Part shown: piece after piece, positions 38,761 to 52,144 of the stretch
How the letters are laid out: each line of letters opens with the position of its first letter
Numbering within the stretch: position 1 is the first letter of the stretch
Assembly (NCBI GenBank): GCA_030141605.1
Contig: JAQGDQ010000274.1
Location: forward strand, 244,677 to 308,676
Direction of reading: 5' to 3'
DNA: 64,000 nt
Source: Tubiluchus corallicola
Taxonomy: Eukaryota; Animalia; Priapulida
Program-made: the position numbers and the translations under genes
Notes under the pieces: model-generated
Told to the model about the DNA's origin: nothing
What the model saw: the letters and a program-made list of their open reading frames with translations, nothing else
Databases searched by the model: none

Positions 38761-40052
38761 CTCGTATTGATTTTTGTCGCAGCGGCAGATGCACTAGTAG
38801 AAGGCATAAACAATATTTTCTCCTCGAATTAGGCGCACATTTCGTCGAATGCTCAATTGATTTGCTGTGACAGTTTGTAATCCACTTATTCAAAACACGT
38901 GGCAAATGGGCGTTGAAAGAGAATTTTCAGTTTTGTCTCTCGTGTTAAGACGTTTCAAATGTCCTTAGATTTCTCTGTAAATGCACTGCTTTGCCACTTT
39001 CCTTTCGTTATCTGACTGTCATTAGTTTTACAAGAAAGGACAAATCACTAAGTATGGTGGGTTTATTTTACTGTTATCACTTAAATTTAGAAGAATATAA
39101 CAAAGAAATTTTTAAAGAACTGCCCATGAACCACAAATTTAAAATGTACTACCTCTGTGTCCAAATATTCAGACGTGATGGTTGCCGCCATTCACTTGAA
39201 AATCTCGACGTAACTGGGAGACTTCGTGACTTTTCGTAAGCGCCTCGTGGCTTTCCGTAAGCGCGTCCTGCTTAAACTAACTAAAACTTCTGCAGTTTAC
39301 ATAATGTTCACGCAAAAATATTATAAAATTAACTAATTAAATATCCAATTTTTTTGTAAAAACTTATTATACTTATTATATTATTGTGAAGATTGACAGG
39401 CGCAACTTTTCTTCTAGACGAATGACGTCATTGGCATTGAAGATGGAAGCGCCCGAGCATGAATTGATCACGACTTTCAAGTGATTTTTACTAGCTACAA
39501 GACGCGCTTATTGCAATTTTATTACTAAATACTTCTAACATTTTTCGCGAGCATTGAAATAAGCCTAACCTCCTAGAAGGCTTGACCTTTCCTTTAAAAT
39601 GGCGCTCTCAGTCCAATCGATGTTTCCATTTCCCATAAATGGAACATCCAAACATTCAAGCAATATTTAAAAAATAGTGGTTTTAATTCATGTTTTTATT
39701 AAAATTACATTATTTTCCAGTTTGCGTACATATTCTAATCATATTATATGATATCTGTTTTGGATACAGTAAAAAGCATATCGATATGAACAATGTAATA
39801 ATGTTGAAAAAAAGATGGCGGAAATTTTGGAATTAGACTTGTAAAAAATGAAATGTGAAAAAGTAGAACAAAGCCTGGATTTGAACTAGGGACTTTACTC
39901 TTACAAGGCAAACGCTTTTACCATTACTTGCTGTGGGCCAATGACAAGCACGCCATCTATTGATAAAATGATTCTAAGATAGTAAACAACTTACTTTTCA
40001 TATCTAAACGAGTAACCTTGCCACTCACAGACTAACATTTCTAACATTACAG

Positions 40053-40223
40053 GGACATCAACATGGCAGAAATCGCAGCGCCATCTAGTGCAATCTATTA
40101 GAAACACTACAGTATTACAGGGCTTGTATCCTGCATTTACATATCAAGTGCGCGTGTATGCTGAAAATGAGATAGGTCGGAGTGACCCAAGCGAAGTTGT
40201 TACAGTCACCTTGGAAGAGGAAG
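40053..40223 (+). CDS. Dscam: Dscam exon, FNIII-1 C-half
   Basis: LQGLYPAFTYQVRVYAENEIGRSDPSEVVTVTLEEE. Confidence 0.93.
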
Positions 40224-40249
40224 GTAACTATTATAACTATACAGTAAAA

Positions 40250-40545
40250 ACGTTTCATCAACGTTTCACCAACGTATCATCAACGTTTCGTCAACATATC
40301 GTCAACGTTTCGTCAACATATCATCGACGCTAAATCAACGTATCATCGACATTTCACCAACATATTATCAACGTTTCGTCAACGTGTCATCGACGTTTCG
40401 TCAACGTATCGTCTACGTATCATCGACGTTTCATCAACATATCGCCGACGTTTCATCAACATATGATCAACGTTTGATCAAACTTTCAACAACGCATCAT
40501 CGACATTACATCATCAACGTTAAATCAACGTATCATCGACGTTTC
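40250..40545. repeat. Degenerate 11-bp-period repeat (catcaacgttt)
   Basis: Tandem low-complexity array just after the exon. Confidence 0.8.
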
Positions 40546-41945
40546 GTACCTTTTACCTTTTGTACTTTTTCTAAACGATATACACATATATTTATACAAT
40601 ACATATTAGCTTCTATACACTCCGCATTACACTGTATTCTGTATTATTTTATACAGACAATATTGTACCTTATTATTCCAGTTATATTGATTGAGGTCGT
40701 TTTTAAAGCACAAGAAAACCCTCAACTCAGTTAGAGCATAGAAAATTCGTCTTGAAATTTTATACCATTTACATACAGGGCTTGCGTCGGCAGCAACGCT
40801 GTTGAAAGATGTAAATTTAAATTCTGGCGACGACCTTTAGACGCAGCCATTTTGACGATAAGTCATTTGAAACAAATTTAGATAACACTGATTAAAGTTT
40901 GAAAAATAATCAGAGCATTCGTAGCGCACACGCTACTAACTAAGCAATTTAAATTACTGTATCTTGTCAGTAAGATTAAAAATACGTTTTGTGGTTAGTG
41001 AGTGGTGCACCCTGGAGGTGAATCAACGACATTTTACCAAGTGGTGAAAGCATTTTAAATAATTAATAATTTTCTTTTCTTGTTAGCTAAATCTTTCAAG
41101 CAGGTAAGCGAAATTCTAAGTAATATAGATTTGCATGTAAAGATTTTTGGGACATAATTTAACATTTCCTTTTCTTCCCCTGGTTTACGTTGTGCGTATG
41201 TGACGTCATGTAATGGCGCAGTCGGAACAGTACTGTGGGATATTTAAAATGAAAACAAAGTATTAATCCTCTCAACGTGAGTACGATATATTGGTATAAT
41301 TTTTTAAGGCGATTTTTCTGAAACCTACTTCAGGTGCCCCTTTTCTTGTCTTTTAACCAATCAAATACAATCAAGCATCTTGTACTTGCAGTAAGTTTGA
41401 ATCTTGTGCATTAAAAACTCAAATGTATAACAACTAGCTAGGGTTGTTATGTTTGATATTTTAAATGAAATACTTCTGCCCGAAAACCTTCATATAACTG
41501 CCTTAGGAAATAATGATCTGTTGAAGTTGTTATTATTCGGAAAAGATAAATTTAACTATGTTACTAACTATAAAATATTCCAATGTATACATGACTTTAT
41601 ATTACGTACTAAGCGCTTCCAGTAGCTTCTATCTGATATAAAATGCAGCAGTCTTAAATATTCGTACATTAATATTTTCTAACCGTCATTTTCTACTAAT
41701 GTCTAATGTAATCTTCTAGTAAAACTTGTCAGCTTGTGTAGTTATAGTCAATTTTTACTGTAAATGTTTTTGTAAATAGTGTATAAAGTCTGCCGTGGTG
41801 AGGATGCTAGATCATGTTGTTCAAACTGTCTGATCCAATCCTAAATATATTATGTTTAAACTAATTCAAATGCATCTTTTCCGTTAATCATTCACGTATT
41901 GCTTTTATTTTCTGTTGGTATTTTTCTGGCTTTTGAATTTTGCAG

Positions 41946-42016
41946 AACCAAGCGGACGTCCCATTAATGTATTCGTACAAGCTACGGGTTCCCAGTCTAT
42001 AAAAGTGTCTTGGTTG
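41946..42016 (+). CDS. Dscam: Dscam exon, FNIII-2 N-part
   Basis: EPSGRPINVFVQATGSQSIKVSWL; phase-0 gtaagt donor. Confidence 0.9.
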
Positions 42017-43303
42017 GTAAGTAGACACGTAATAGATTTGTCTACTTTAGGAAATGATAGCGCCACTATAATTTGCTGTTACCTAATTGAACGTGGTTTA
42101 TTAACCCGTCCGTGCGTTTGAGTAAAAACTTACCATATTTCCCATATTTCAACAAAAACCTTTTCACGGTTTCAGTGATTGATGATGATCGTGAAAAGGT
42201 CAAAGGTTAAGTGTACCAGACACTTGATACTTTGAATCGGAAGTGGTGCTGACAAGCCACGGCATAGCTGTGTCTAGTTTTTTGCTGGATTACTGCTGCG
42301 TTTACCTGTCTAAGGCAGATTTCTTTTATTTTAGAATTCTGCCTGCCCAATGTCTACAATAGACGTGACGGGTGTATGATGATGATGATGATGATGTACC
42401 AGACAACGCATTTGTGTACACTTGACAACGCCATTGTAATAGTAACAGCTTTAAAAACTGAAGTTACTGAAACGACTGAACTGATACGGCAGACGGTTTG
42501 CTTTACCCACATGTCACGTGACGGTTGTAGTTAAGACGCGTTGCTGTGGTACACTTAACCTTCGCCCTGCAGCACAACGAAACTAGGAAAATGTTTATTT
42601 AATGATGACTTAACAGTCCGCTGTCCGCTGTCAGTTAAGATGTTTATCTTGTTCGCTTTTTCACTCCTACTTTTAGTCAATTGATTCTCGTGTGATTTTT
42701 CTAATCATCTAGTTGCTTGTTTGTATTTTCTACTTATTTGTTCGTTTATCTCTTTTTTTGTTTATTAACTAATTCGTTCGTCTGTCTAGACTAATGAAAT
42801 TACCCCCCCCCCCGCGCCAGGCACAGCCACCCTCTAATTTGCTCGCGCTCGTCTCGAATATTTTTACTTGTGATATATTTTAGCAATATTTGCATAGCTG
42901 GGGGCCCATATTTCAAACAAAGGGCTTGAAACAGGGACTCTATCTCAAATATAAGGTCTCAAACAAGGGCCCTTTGACTCAAATAAAAGACCTCAAACAA
43001 GGTTCCTTTATCTCAAATAAGAAACCACTTTAGAATTGGATTTTCAGATTTCTTGGCGCTTTTTTAAATCTGAAACTTTATTTTAAGTTACATGAATTAT
43101 TCAGCAATACATAGTATTGGCCCCCAAGCTTGAGGGTTGCTAGGTTGCGGCCTATACTAGCCTATAGGTTAATCCAGCCCTGTCTGTTTTTCCTTCTTCC
43201 CGCAGATCGCTCCTTTGTTAATACTGCCTTAGAAAATGCACATTTCGTGTTAAAATAAATTCGTTAGTTTACTAAGTGCAAGTGTTATGTGTTTTCGCTT
43301 CAG

Positions 43304-43541
43304 CCACCTGCATACTCCTTTCGGAATGGTAAGCTGAAGGGGTATTACGTGGGATACCGTCTATTGAACAGCACTGGACCGTACCTATACCACACCTTGG
43401 CTTACACAGGCGAACAGGGAGAAACTCATGAATTGAAAAACTTGAAGAAGTTTACTGCCTACGTCATTGTCGTGTCTGGCTTCAATCGACGCGGAACAGG
43501 ACCAAGGTCTGAAGAGGTGACCGTGAAGACTCTAGAAGATG
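43304..43541 (+). CDS. Dscam: Dscam exon, FNIII-2 C-part
   Basis: PP...NGKLKGYYVGYR...LKKFTAYVIVVSGFNRRGTGPRSEEVTVKTLED. Confidence 0.93.
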
Positions 43542-44316
43542 GTATTCATAATTCGTATTGTTGTAGCAGTTTTAATTCCTTCAGGATAGCACTATTCAAA
43601 ATAGGTCTTATAAGACCTTCGAGTTTTCTGCTACTGTATGAGCACAGACATAACTAAATGATTACAAATTGGTGCTGTTCTAGTTTGGGAAAATCTCGGC
43701 TATCCAATCGTGCTATTTGTTTAAGCATTCGTAAGTGATTTAATAGGGTAAAACTTAAAAAGCAACCCCTTTTCAGGCACTCAACTTAGCTTGAATTAAG
43801 TCGCATAGTCTGGTGTACTCTTGCGTGATCGTGCACACTATTTTATTGATCGCCAACTTGTTGCTGCCCAAGCTGTGCAGTGTCCTTGTGCTATTCCAGG
43901 AAAAACCAACTGATCAGTCAATGACACATTAAGGTCGTTTCATCTTTTAACAAAAAAAATAGCTTAAAAATAGAGTGAACTTGAGGACAAAGTGAATCAG
44001 AGTGTTGTGTCTGGATAGTGGAAACTTTCTGCATTAACCCGTTTTACGCAAGTGATACTGTACTGTGTTACAGTGCAGCACTACAGATACTGAAAGTTTT
44101 TTTCAATTTATTCGTCAGAACTCGATTTTTAATTTGTCTCAGGTAAGCAAATGCATTTCACATATAATTTTGCATGAAAATCTATTGTGTGGGGAATACA
44201 AATCTACAAAAATTATCAAATATAACATAATTGCAGCTTAATGAAAGTAGTTTTTTATGAACCCGTTTTCGTCTTTTCGTGTACATTAGTATTAAATCAA
44301 ATATATACTATTTCAG

Positions 44317-44472
44317 TTCCATCAAAACCACCAAGGGAGGTGAGAGCAGTACCTCTTGCTTCTCAGAGCCTGATGGTTGAGTGGCTTCCGCCTCCATTTG
44401 AAAGCATTCATGGCATCTTGCAAGGGTACAAAGTTACCTACTTTCCCATTTTGGATGAGAGTGCTGTGGAAG
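44317..44472 (+). CDS. Dscam: Dscam exon, FNIII-3 N-half
   Basis: VPSKPPREVRAVPLASQSLMVEWLPPP..IHGILQGYKVTY. Confidence 0.93.
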
Positions 44473-45072
44473 GTAAAGAAATAAATTACATTCGAACTGA
44501 TGTTAGATAAATCAAAGGTGATTTCAATTGTTATAGTATTTTCATTTGAACTTTATGACAAGCCACCGACTAATTTCTTATATAAGTTAAAGTCTTTTGT
44601 CTTTAATGCTCACCTGCTTATACGGCAGATCTTCCTACTACAGTAAGTCTTCGTTTAACGATTCCCCGTTTAACGACGTTTCACTTAACGTACATTAGCA
44701 TCATTAATCAAGGACTTACTGTTCTTTTATTTGATAGAGAATTATTGTCAATTGGAAGTTTATTATTGTTGAGTAGCTTTTTGAACTAAATAGTAGATTT
44801 TTGTTTGCGGACACAAAACTGCATCATTGCGATTATGATATAAGTAATTTTTTATACAAATATGTACAAGAGTTTAGTTAATAGCTTGTTTCGCTTCATA
44901 GATTTTCTAGTTAAACTTGTATAACTGTCTAAATACTTTGTGCAACCATGTTGAGTCGGTCTGATGGCTAGTATCATCTGAAAATCATTACCCAAGCTGT
45001 GCCCACTGATAAAACCATCGGGTATACGTTGCTTTTGTAATTTTCACGTAAGAAATTTCAAAAACAAAATAT

Positions 45073-45164
<92 letters not shown>

Positions 45165-45202
45165 CACCGAAGTTAACGTTACAGGAGTAGCATTGCAGTT
45201 AA

Positions 45203-45888
45203 AGGAGAGGACAAGTCACTTAGGATTAGCATGTTGGGATTTCATTTTACTATTATCGCTGAGAAAATATTACAAAGAAATTGCAAAAACTGTCGAAAAG
45301 TTTATCTTGTGCACCTTAATATTACGCAAAGTAGACAGTGATTCATATCATCTCAGTTTTTTGCCTGACATGTCTTTTGTTTGGAAACCGATGTCGCTGT
45401 ACCCACAAATAATATAAATTTGGACTAAAATTTGTCATCTTTCTCATTGTCACCCTACTAATATATTGTATATTTGAAAAGTTTTGGTCAATAAATCTTT
45501 TACTACTACTGCTACTACTAGATATTTCAGGCTGGTGGTAGTCGCCATTATGACGTAACTGGCGGGCTTCCTGACCTTTCGTAAGCGCATCGCGGTTTTC
45601 CGTAAGAACGCGCACTACTTAAACTAATTCAAGCTTATGCAGCTTACATGCAAAATGTCGCAAAATACCTTTCTTTTTCTGTAAAAACTTATTATAGTTT
45701 TGGTGAAGATTGATATTGCGCTACTTTTATTCAGAACGAATGACGTCATGGAAAGAAGAATGGACATTGAAAATGGGAGCGCCCAAGCATGAAGTGATCG
45801 CGACTTTAAAGTGATTTTACTGATTACGCGAGATGTTTATAGCAGACATTGATTTAAGCCTAGCTTCCCAGAAGGCTTGACCTTTCCT
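45203..45888 (+). mobile_element. Kolobok-like non-autonomous element, family B (full copy)
   Basis: TTAA on both sides and imperfect TIRs aggagaggacaag / cttgacctttcct. Copies at ~27480-28040 and ~39030-39595. Confidence 0.65.
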
Positions 45889-46653
45889 TTAAACTCACAA
45901 TGAACGCCCAAATCTTTCAGAAAACGTCAAAAATTTAAGAATATCCAGCAGCATCATATTCAATAAATTGCCTATTAAAATCGAAATTATAATTACATAT
46001 ATACATTTTAAATAAATTTGACTCAATTCAAGAAAACACAATTTGATAGTCAACTAATGCTCTTTTATAAAAACCCTTCCTACCCATCTGTAGTTAAGTA
46101 CATACTAGGTTTATTTGTGCAATAACAATTTTAGTTGATGACGGCACAAGGGCTAGATAGCGTTTCCGAAATGTATTTTGTTTAACATGGCGACGTCTAT
46201 TAACAAAAGGAAACATTTTTAAGCTGGTGCCTCTTTAAAGTGTTTATGTTCGTCCTGGGTTGAGTAGCTGAGTGGTATGGATTTCAGACTACAACCACGC
46301 AGTGTTAAGTTCGAAACTGACGATTGCCGACGCCAGAATTATTATTTCTTATTTGTGTGTTGCGTCCTTACCTGTAATGTTGTAATTGTATTATCTGCGC
46401 AATGCGTGATGCGTAATCTGTAATGCGTTATGCGTGATCGAACGTGATGGCTGTTACGTATTACGCATTACAGGTCACGCACTATGCGCACATGGAGACG
46501 TAGCTCAAGTCGCTAAAAACTGTCAGTGTTGTCTGTTAAAAGAGCGACACCAAATAAAATTTGTCTTTATCTTTATTCGTACTTTCACCGCCATTTGCAA
46601 AACTTTTTCTTGAACGATGGAAAGCTACTGCAATGTTAAATTCTTTCTCACAG

Positions 46654-46809
46654 ATGACGACATGCCAGAGCATAGAAAAACGAACGGACTCACCATGACC
46701 ATTTACAACCTGAGAAAGTTTACAAATTACAGTATCGAAGTGTGTGCTTACACACGAGCTGGAGAGGGAGTAAAGAGCCAACCTGTGTTTATGAGATCTC
46801 TTGAGGATG
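46654..46809 (+). CDS. Dscam: Dscam exon, FNIII-3 C-half
   Basis: NLRKFTNYSIEVCAYTRAGEGVKSQPVFMRSLED. Confidence 0.93.
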
Positions 46810-47726
46810 GTACGTGATGTTTGTGTCAACGTTTCAGATTCTTCTTGCACAGTTGTACAGTTGTTGGGAAATATTCTTAACACAAGCGTTCAGTGGCGGT
46901 TCGTAGCTAAAATTACTGGGGGTGTTGCTTCAGAAGATCTTTACCCATTGTACTAATACTGTGTAAGCAAACGCATGTAATTTTAATGTAGTAATTCTAA
47001 TTTTAAACAAACAAACAAACACACAAATTTTGTACATCAACTTGAAAAAATCCTAAACAAACTATATTGCTTCCTTACGAATAGCCTAAATTGTCACCGT
47101 TCAACAATATGGCGTGACCATACAACATACACACTGTATGCGTGACAGTACTCTAAAGTGCAGGATTTTATCACAGACATGTGCGCATGGCCGCATGTGA
47201 ACAACAGCCAAACATCACGTTGTTTGAACTGTGAACACACTGTGCTGAGCTGTGAAGCAAACAGTACTAACCTCACGTGCTGTGGTTCCGTACACGTATA
47301 AGGAAAGAACTAAAGAAAAAAGACTTATTATATTGAATATTATTAATAATACTGAGTGAAAATAGAGGATGTTGCAGTTGCACAGTACCTATACACCAGC
47401 CGCCACTGCAAGCGCTTATACATTGCTAGGTGCCATTGTTCAGTTTGCAGGCTCAGTGTTTAGAATTCAATTAAAAAGTAATGCAAGGATAAAGTGTTGC
47501 TTAACTTCATCATCTTTTAATGAAAGGAAAGCTGGACGATTGTGTAGAAATTAGTTGAAAATAACGAATTTTCAAAAATTTTGAAAACTACAATAGCTTT
47601 CTTTACAACGAAGTTTAGATTAAATGATAATTACCTCGTATGAATAAACGAATGAACAGATAACTGAATGAATGAACAAATGAACAATCAGACAAATGAG
47701 CTCATGTGTATTTTTGCTGATTTCAG

Positions 47727-47857
47727 TACCAAGTGAACCTGCAGGAATTAAAGCTCTGCCAGTGGCGCCTACTAGCATTATTGTATCCTGGATGCCTCCC
47801 ACTTATCCAAATGGAGTACTGACTCGATATACTCTATACAGGCGTTATAATAGAGAG
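47727..47857 (+). CDS. Dscam: Dscam exon, FNIII-4 N-half
   Basis: VPSEPAGIKALPVAPTSIIVSWMPPTYPNGVLTRYTLYRR; donor gtataa. Confidence 0.88.
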
Positions 47858-48256
47858 GTATAATATATACATTATGCATGCGCTATAATAGAGAGGTATA
47901 ATATATTACCATTACTTTAAAATATACATTATAAATGCCCTATAATAGAGAGGTATAATATATTACCATTACTTTAAAATATACATTATAAATGCCCTAT
48001 AATAGAGAGGTATAATATATTACCATTACTTTAAAATATACATTATAAATGCCTTATAATAGAGAGGTATAATATATTACCATTACTTAAAATATACATT
48101 ATAAATGCCCTATAATAGAGAGGTATAATATCTTACCGTTACTATAAAATATACATTATAAATGCCCTATAATAGAGAGGTATAATACATTATCATTACT
48201 TTAAAATATACATTATAAATGCCCTATAATAGAGAGATATAATATATTACCATTAC
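47845..48256 (+). repeat. 57-bp tandem repeat containing the FN4a exon end and donor (tataatagagag|gtataa)
   Basis: About 7 extra copies of the exon/intron junction. Confidence 0.92.
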
Positions 48257-48654
48257 CTTCAAAAAAGATTTGTTGATAAGTTGCGAAAACTAGCTCAATT
48301 AAACAGAGCTTACTTATTCGTGATATCTTAATCATTTTTTGTTAATGTAATAATCCCTTTTTGTAATGCAAGTGACATAATCAGGTAGTTTGAGGCAAAT
48401 GCTCAGAAACTCAGCAGTTTTTCTAAAAAAATCTATCAATTTTCAGAACAGACGTAACAGTGGCCAAAATGGAGGGCACCCACTAGTAAGTAAATAATAT
48501 GAAATCTATTAAAATAAAAATATGATAATTTGCGATGACATAATATAATGACATAAGAACAGATTTAAACTCCTTTCAGACCTACGTGCAAAATGGCGTA
48601 TTCTGGTTTTACACTTAAAAAATTATTCAAATGATCCAGTTGCAATTTAAAATT

Positions 48655-49740
48655 TGCCTTCAGTCCAATGTTCTAGGCCTTGTGTTGTAAAACTCAACCA
48701 GGAGAACTGTCTATTTTTCTTCAGTCCAACGTTCTAGTCCTTGTATTGTAAAACTCAACCCAGAAAACTGTCTATTTGCCTTCAGTCCAATGTTCTAGGC
48801 CTTGTGTTGTGAAACTCAACCCAGAGAACTGTCTATTTTCCTTCAGTCTAATGTTCTAGCCCTTGTGTGGTAAAACTCAACCCAGAGAACTGTCTATTTT
48901 GCTTCAGTCTAATGTTCTAGCCCTTGTGTTGTAAAACTCAACCCAGAGAACTGTCTATTTGCCTTCAGTCCAAAGTTCTAGCCCTTGTGTTGTAAAAATC
49001 AACCCAGAGAATTGTCTATTTTGCTTCAGTCCAATGTGTTAGGCCTTGTGTTGTAAAACTCAACTCAGAGAGACTGTCTATGTTTCTTCAGTCCAACGTT
49101 CTAGTCCTTGTATTGTAAAACTCAGCCCAGAAAACTGTCTATTTGCCTTCAGTCCAATGTCCTAGCCCTTGTGTTGTAAAAATCAACCCAGAGAATTGTC
49201 TATTTTGCTTCAGTCCAATGTTCTAGGCCTTGTGTTGTAAAACTCAACTCAGAGAGACTGTCTATGTTTCTTCAGTCCAACGTTCTAGCCCGTGTGTTGT
49301 AAAACTCAACCCAGAGAACTGTCTATTTGCCTTCAGTCCAATGTTCTAGCCCTTGCGTTGTAAAAATCAACCCAGAGAATTGTCTATTTTGCTTCAGTCC
49401 AATGTTCTAGGCCTTGTGTTGTAAAACTCAACCCAGAGAGACTGTCTATTTTTCTTCAGTCTAACGTTCTAGTCCTTGTATTGTAAAACTCAGCCCAGAA
49501 AACTGTCTATTTGCCTTCAGTCCAATGTCCTAGGCCTTGTGTTGTAAAACTCAATCCGGACAACTGTCTATTTGCCTTCAGTCCAATGTTCTAGGCCTTG
49601 TGTTGTAAAACTCAACTCAGAGAACTGTCTATTTGCCTTCAGTCCAATGTTCTAGCCCTTGTGTTGTAAAACTCAACCCAGAAAACTGTCTATTTGCCTT
49701 CAGTCCAATGTTTTAGGCCTTGTGTTGTAAAACTCTGTCT
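48655..49740 (+). repeat. ~60-bp minisatellite, ~18 copies, each with an acceptor-like ctgtctatttgccttcag
   Basis: The array ends at the true acceptor ctgtctatttttacag (49750). Confidence 0.92.
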
Positions 49741-49750
49741 ATTTTTACAG

Positions 49751-49904
49751 ACAATTCGACAGATTAACTTGCCAGCAAACGTAACCACGTACACATTGAA
49801 GAAACTTCATCGTCATCAGCAGTACACGTTTTGGATCAGCGCTTGGACAAGCGTGGGAGAAGGTCCTGGTACGAAGCCAATCCAGCAAGCACCAAATAAC
49901 AAAA
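49751..49904 (+). CDS. Dscam: Dscam exon, FNIII-4 C-half
   Basis: TTYTLKKLHRHQQYTFWISAWTSVGEGPGT. Confidence 0.92.
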
Positions 49905-50382
49905 GTATGGCAGTTAATGATGATGTTAATCAAAACAAGTAAACAACAGTAATGATGAGCAAGATGATGCATCACAGCAAGAATGACACTTACAAAAACA
50001 AAACCACTATGATAACGTCAGCGACATTGACGATAATGATGACAATGACAACCATGTCGATGATGACGACGACGACGACGATGATGATGCTAATGATGAT
50101 GATGACAATGGTGACGATGATGACGATGATGGCGATGGTGATGATGATGATGATGACGATTTGAAATAGAAGTCATTACGCCTTTTTATTCTAATTAGGA
50201 AATAGATGATCACTCAATAGGCTCAAAAATATATTTTTGTAAAGTGCAATATTACGTATATTATAAGATTGATGAAAATCAGAATTTTTAATTGAAATTC
50301 AGTCAATAGGAATAGTCAAAACAAAACAGAGATATAAATGAATCTTTATCATTCACATGGTATAACTGGACCATTTGTTTAG

Positions 50383-50497
50383 TTCCAGCAAGGATAGTAT
50401 CTTTTGGCCGAACAATTTCAACTAGATGGAAAAAAGACGTGATTCTACGTTGTGAAACCATTGGTCACCCAAAGCCGGACATCAAATGGGTTTACGA
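50383..50497 (+). CDS. Dscam: Dscam exon, Ig10 N-half
   Basis: PARIVSFGRTISTRWKKDVILRCETIGHPKPDIKW. Confidence 0.92.
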
Positions 50498-50905
50498 GTA
50501 TGTATTAAAGAAAACCGCACGATTGTTTAGACTCAATCTCATTTTAATTTACTGTCCTGGATATACATTTTCATGTCTATAAAAGTTAGCAATTGTTTTC
50601 TATATTTGAATAATTAGCTTAGAAAGTTATGTAATGGCAACCAAACACAGCTATTGCTTACGTCAGAAACTAACCACAGCTTGTGCTACGGCAGGCATCT
50701 CCCCTTGCGCGTCAAGCACGTTTGCGCAAGTGCAACTGCTTAAACTTCGTGATGTCACGAATGTGGGCTCTACGTCATATGACGTCTGAAACTAGCACTG
50801 CAGTTCACGATTATGGTTATCACGGTACCGCTTTCCATTTATGGGCCACGCGTATGTGACAAAAAGGCGCCGCTGCCAATCTTAATAGATATATATCGGT
50901 TTCAG

Positions 50906-51057
50906 GAAAATGATCCAAAGAGCTTCACGAATTCACTTACGGAAAGACAACTCTCTTCTTCTGGTAGACGTACGCCAGGAAGATTCGGGAAAATATATTT
51001 GTCATGTTTCCAATTCTCATGGCTCAGATGAAGTTGTCTACGAATTACTAGTTAGAG
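50906..51057 (+). CDS. Dscam: Dscam exon, Ig10 C-half
   Basis: DNSLLLVDVRQEDSGKYICHVSNSHGSDEVVYELLVR. Confidence 0.92.
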
Positions 51058-51158
51058 GTAAGAACACATAGTCTATAGTCTTTCTACGTAATTTTGAAAC
51101 TACAGAGGGATACACGCACTTAGTATGTAACTATTAAATGCGGTTTTTTATATAATAG

Positions 51159-51260
51159 GTCCACCAAGTAAACCAGTAATAAAGGTTGTTGCTGTGACGT
51201 CATCATCCGTTATTGTAAACTGGAATGTTTCTGATGACGTAGGAGCCAGGAGATTAACAG
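51159..51260 (+). CDS. Dscam: Dscam exon, FNIII-5 N-half
   Basis: GPPSKPVIKVVAVTSSSVIVNW; the phase-1 donor gtgggt fits the next exon. Confidence 0.88.
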
Positions 51261-51524
51261 GTGGGTGGGTAAGCATACAAGTTGATGTAAAATAGTGAGT
51301 TGCAGAGAATTGAAATGAAAAATAAAATTAACTTTTAAATTTGAATGAAATCGAATAAGACATGCTTCATTTGCATGCAATCAACGAGAGATGAAGATCA
51401 GTTTGCGTGCGTTTCAGTTAGCATAACAGCTCGGAAAGCAGCAAGTCTTGGGTTCGAGTCCCAGCTGAGGTGAAAATATTTCCAAACTTTCTAATTCAGT
51501 GTTGCTTTCTTGTGTTTACGTTAT

Positions 51525-51526
51525 GT

Positions 51527-51558
<32 letters not shown>

Positions 51559-51573
51559 GTGGTGATGATGATG

Positions 51574-51605
<32 letters not shown>

Positions 51606-51675
51606 GGTGATGATGGTGATAATGATGATGATGATGATGATGGTGCTGAAGATGATGATGATTGATGGTGCTGAC

Positions 51676-51713
<38 letters not shown>

Positions 51714-51745
51714 CGACGATGACGATGATGGCGATGATAATAAAG
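51525..51745. repeat. (GAT)n microsatellite (another at ~50010-50160)
   Basis: Simple repeat. Confidence 0.95.
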
Positions 51746-51917
51746 ATAAGGATACTGTTATTAACAACTTGCTGTACAATACTGATACAATTTTTAGATC
51801 AAACATTTTTAAACCGTGGCAAAGAATTTTATTTACCCATTTTAACTAACCCTTTCTTGTATATAAGCTTACTATGTTCCTGTATAAACTATATATATAT
51901 ATGTTTCTATTTTCCAG

Positions 51918-52103
51918 CAATTGAACTAAGATATAAAAGAGAATTTGACGACTGGCACGAGATTAATGTACTTGTGGAGAACAAGACTGTTGTTGTGGAC
52001 AATTTAATGTGTGGAAGTAATTATCAGTTCACCATGGCTGCCTACAACAGTGTTGGCATGAGTGAAGCAAGTGACGTACTTGCTACCTCTACAATGGGAT
52101 CCA
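51918..52103 (+). CDS. Dscam: Dscam exon, FNIII-5 C-half
   Basis: IELRYKREFDDW...NLMCGSNYQFTMAAYNSVGMSEASDVLATSTMGS. Confidence 0.93.
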
Positions 52104-52144
52104 GTAAGTATCATATCAGATCATTAGTATTTTGTTTAGTTATG

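Noticed and set aside
51261-51275. Stronger-looking donor gtaagc just downstream of the FN5a donor
   Set aside because: Out of phase with the next exon. The gtgggt donor after 51260 keeps the frame.
39872-51480. tRNA-like segments at ~39875-39940 (minus), ~46255-46320 and ~51410-51475
   Set aside because: Only B-box-like remnants with no full cloverleaf. At most decayed SINE heads.
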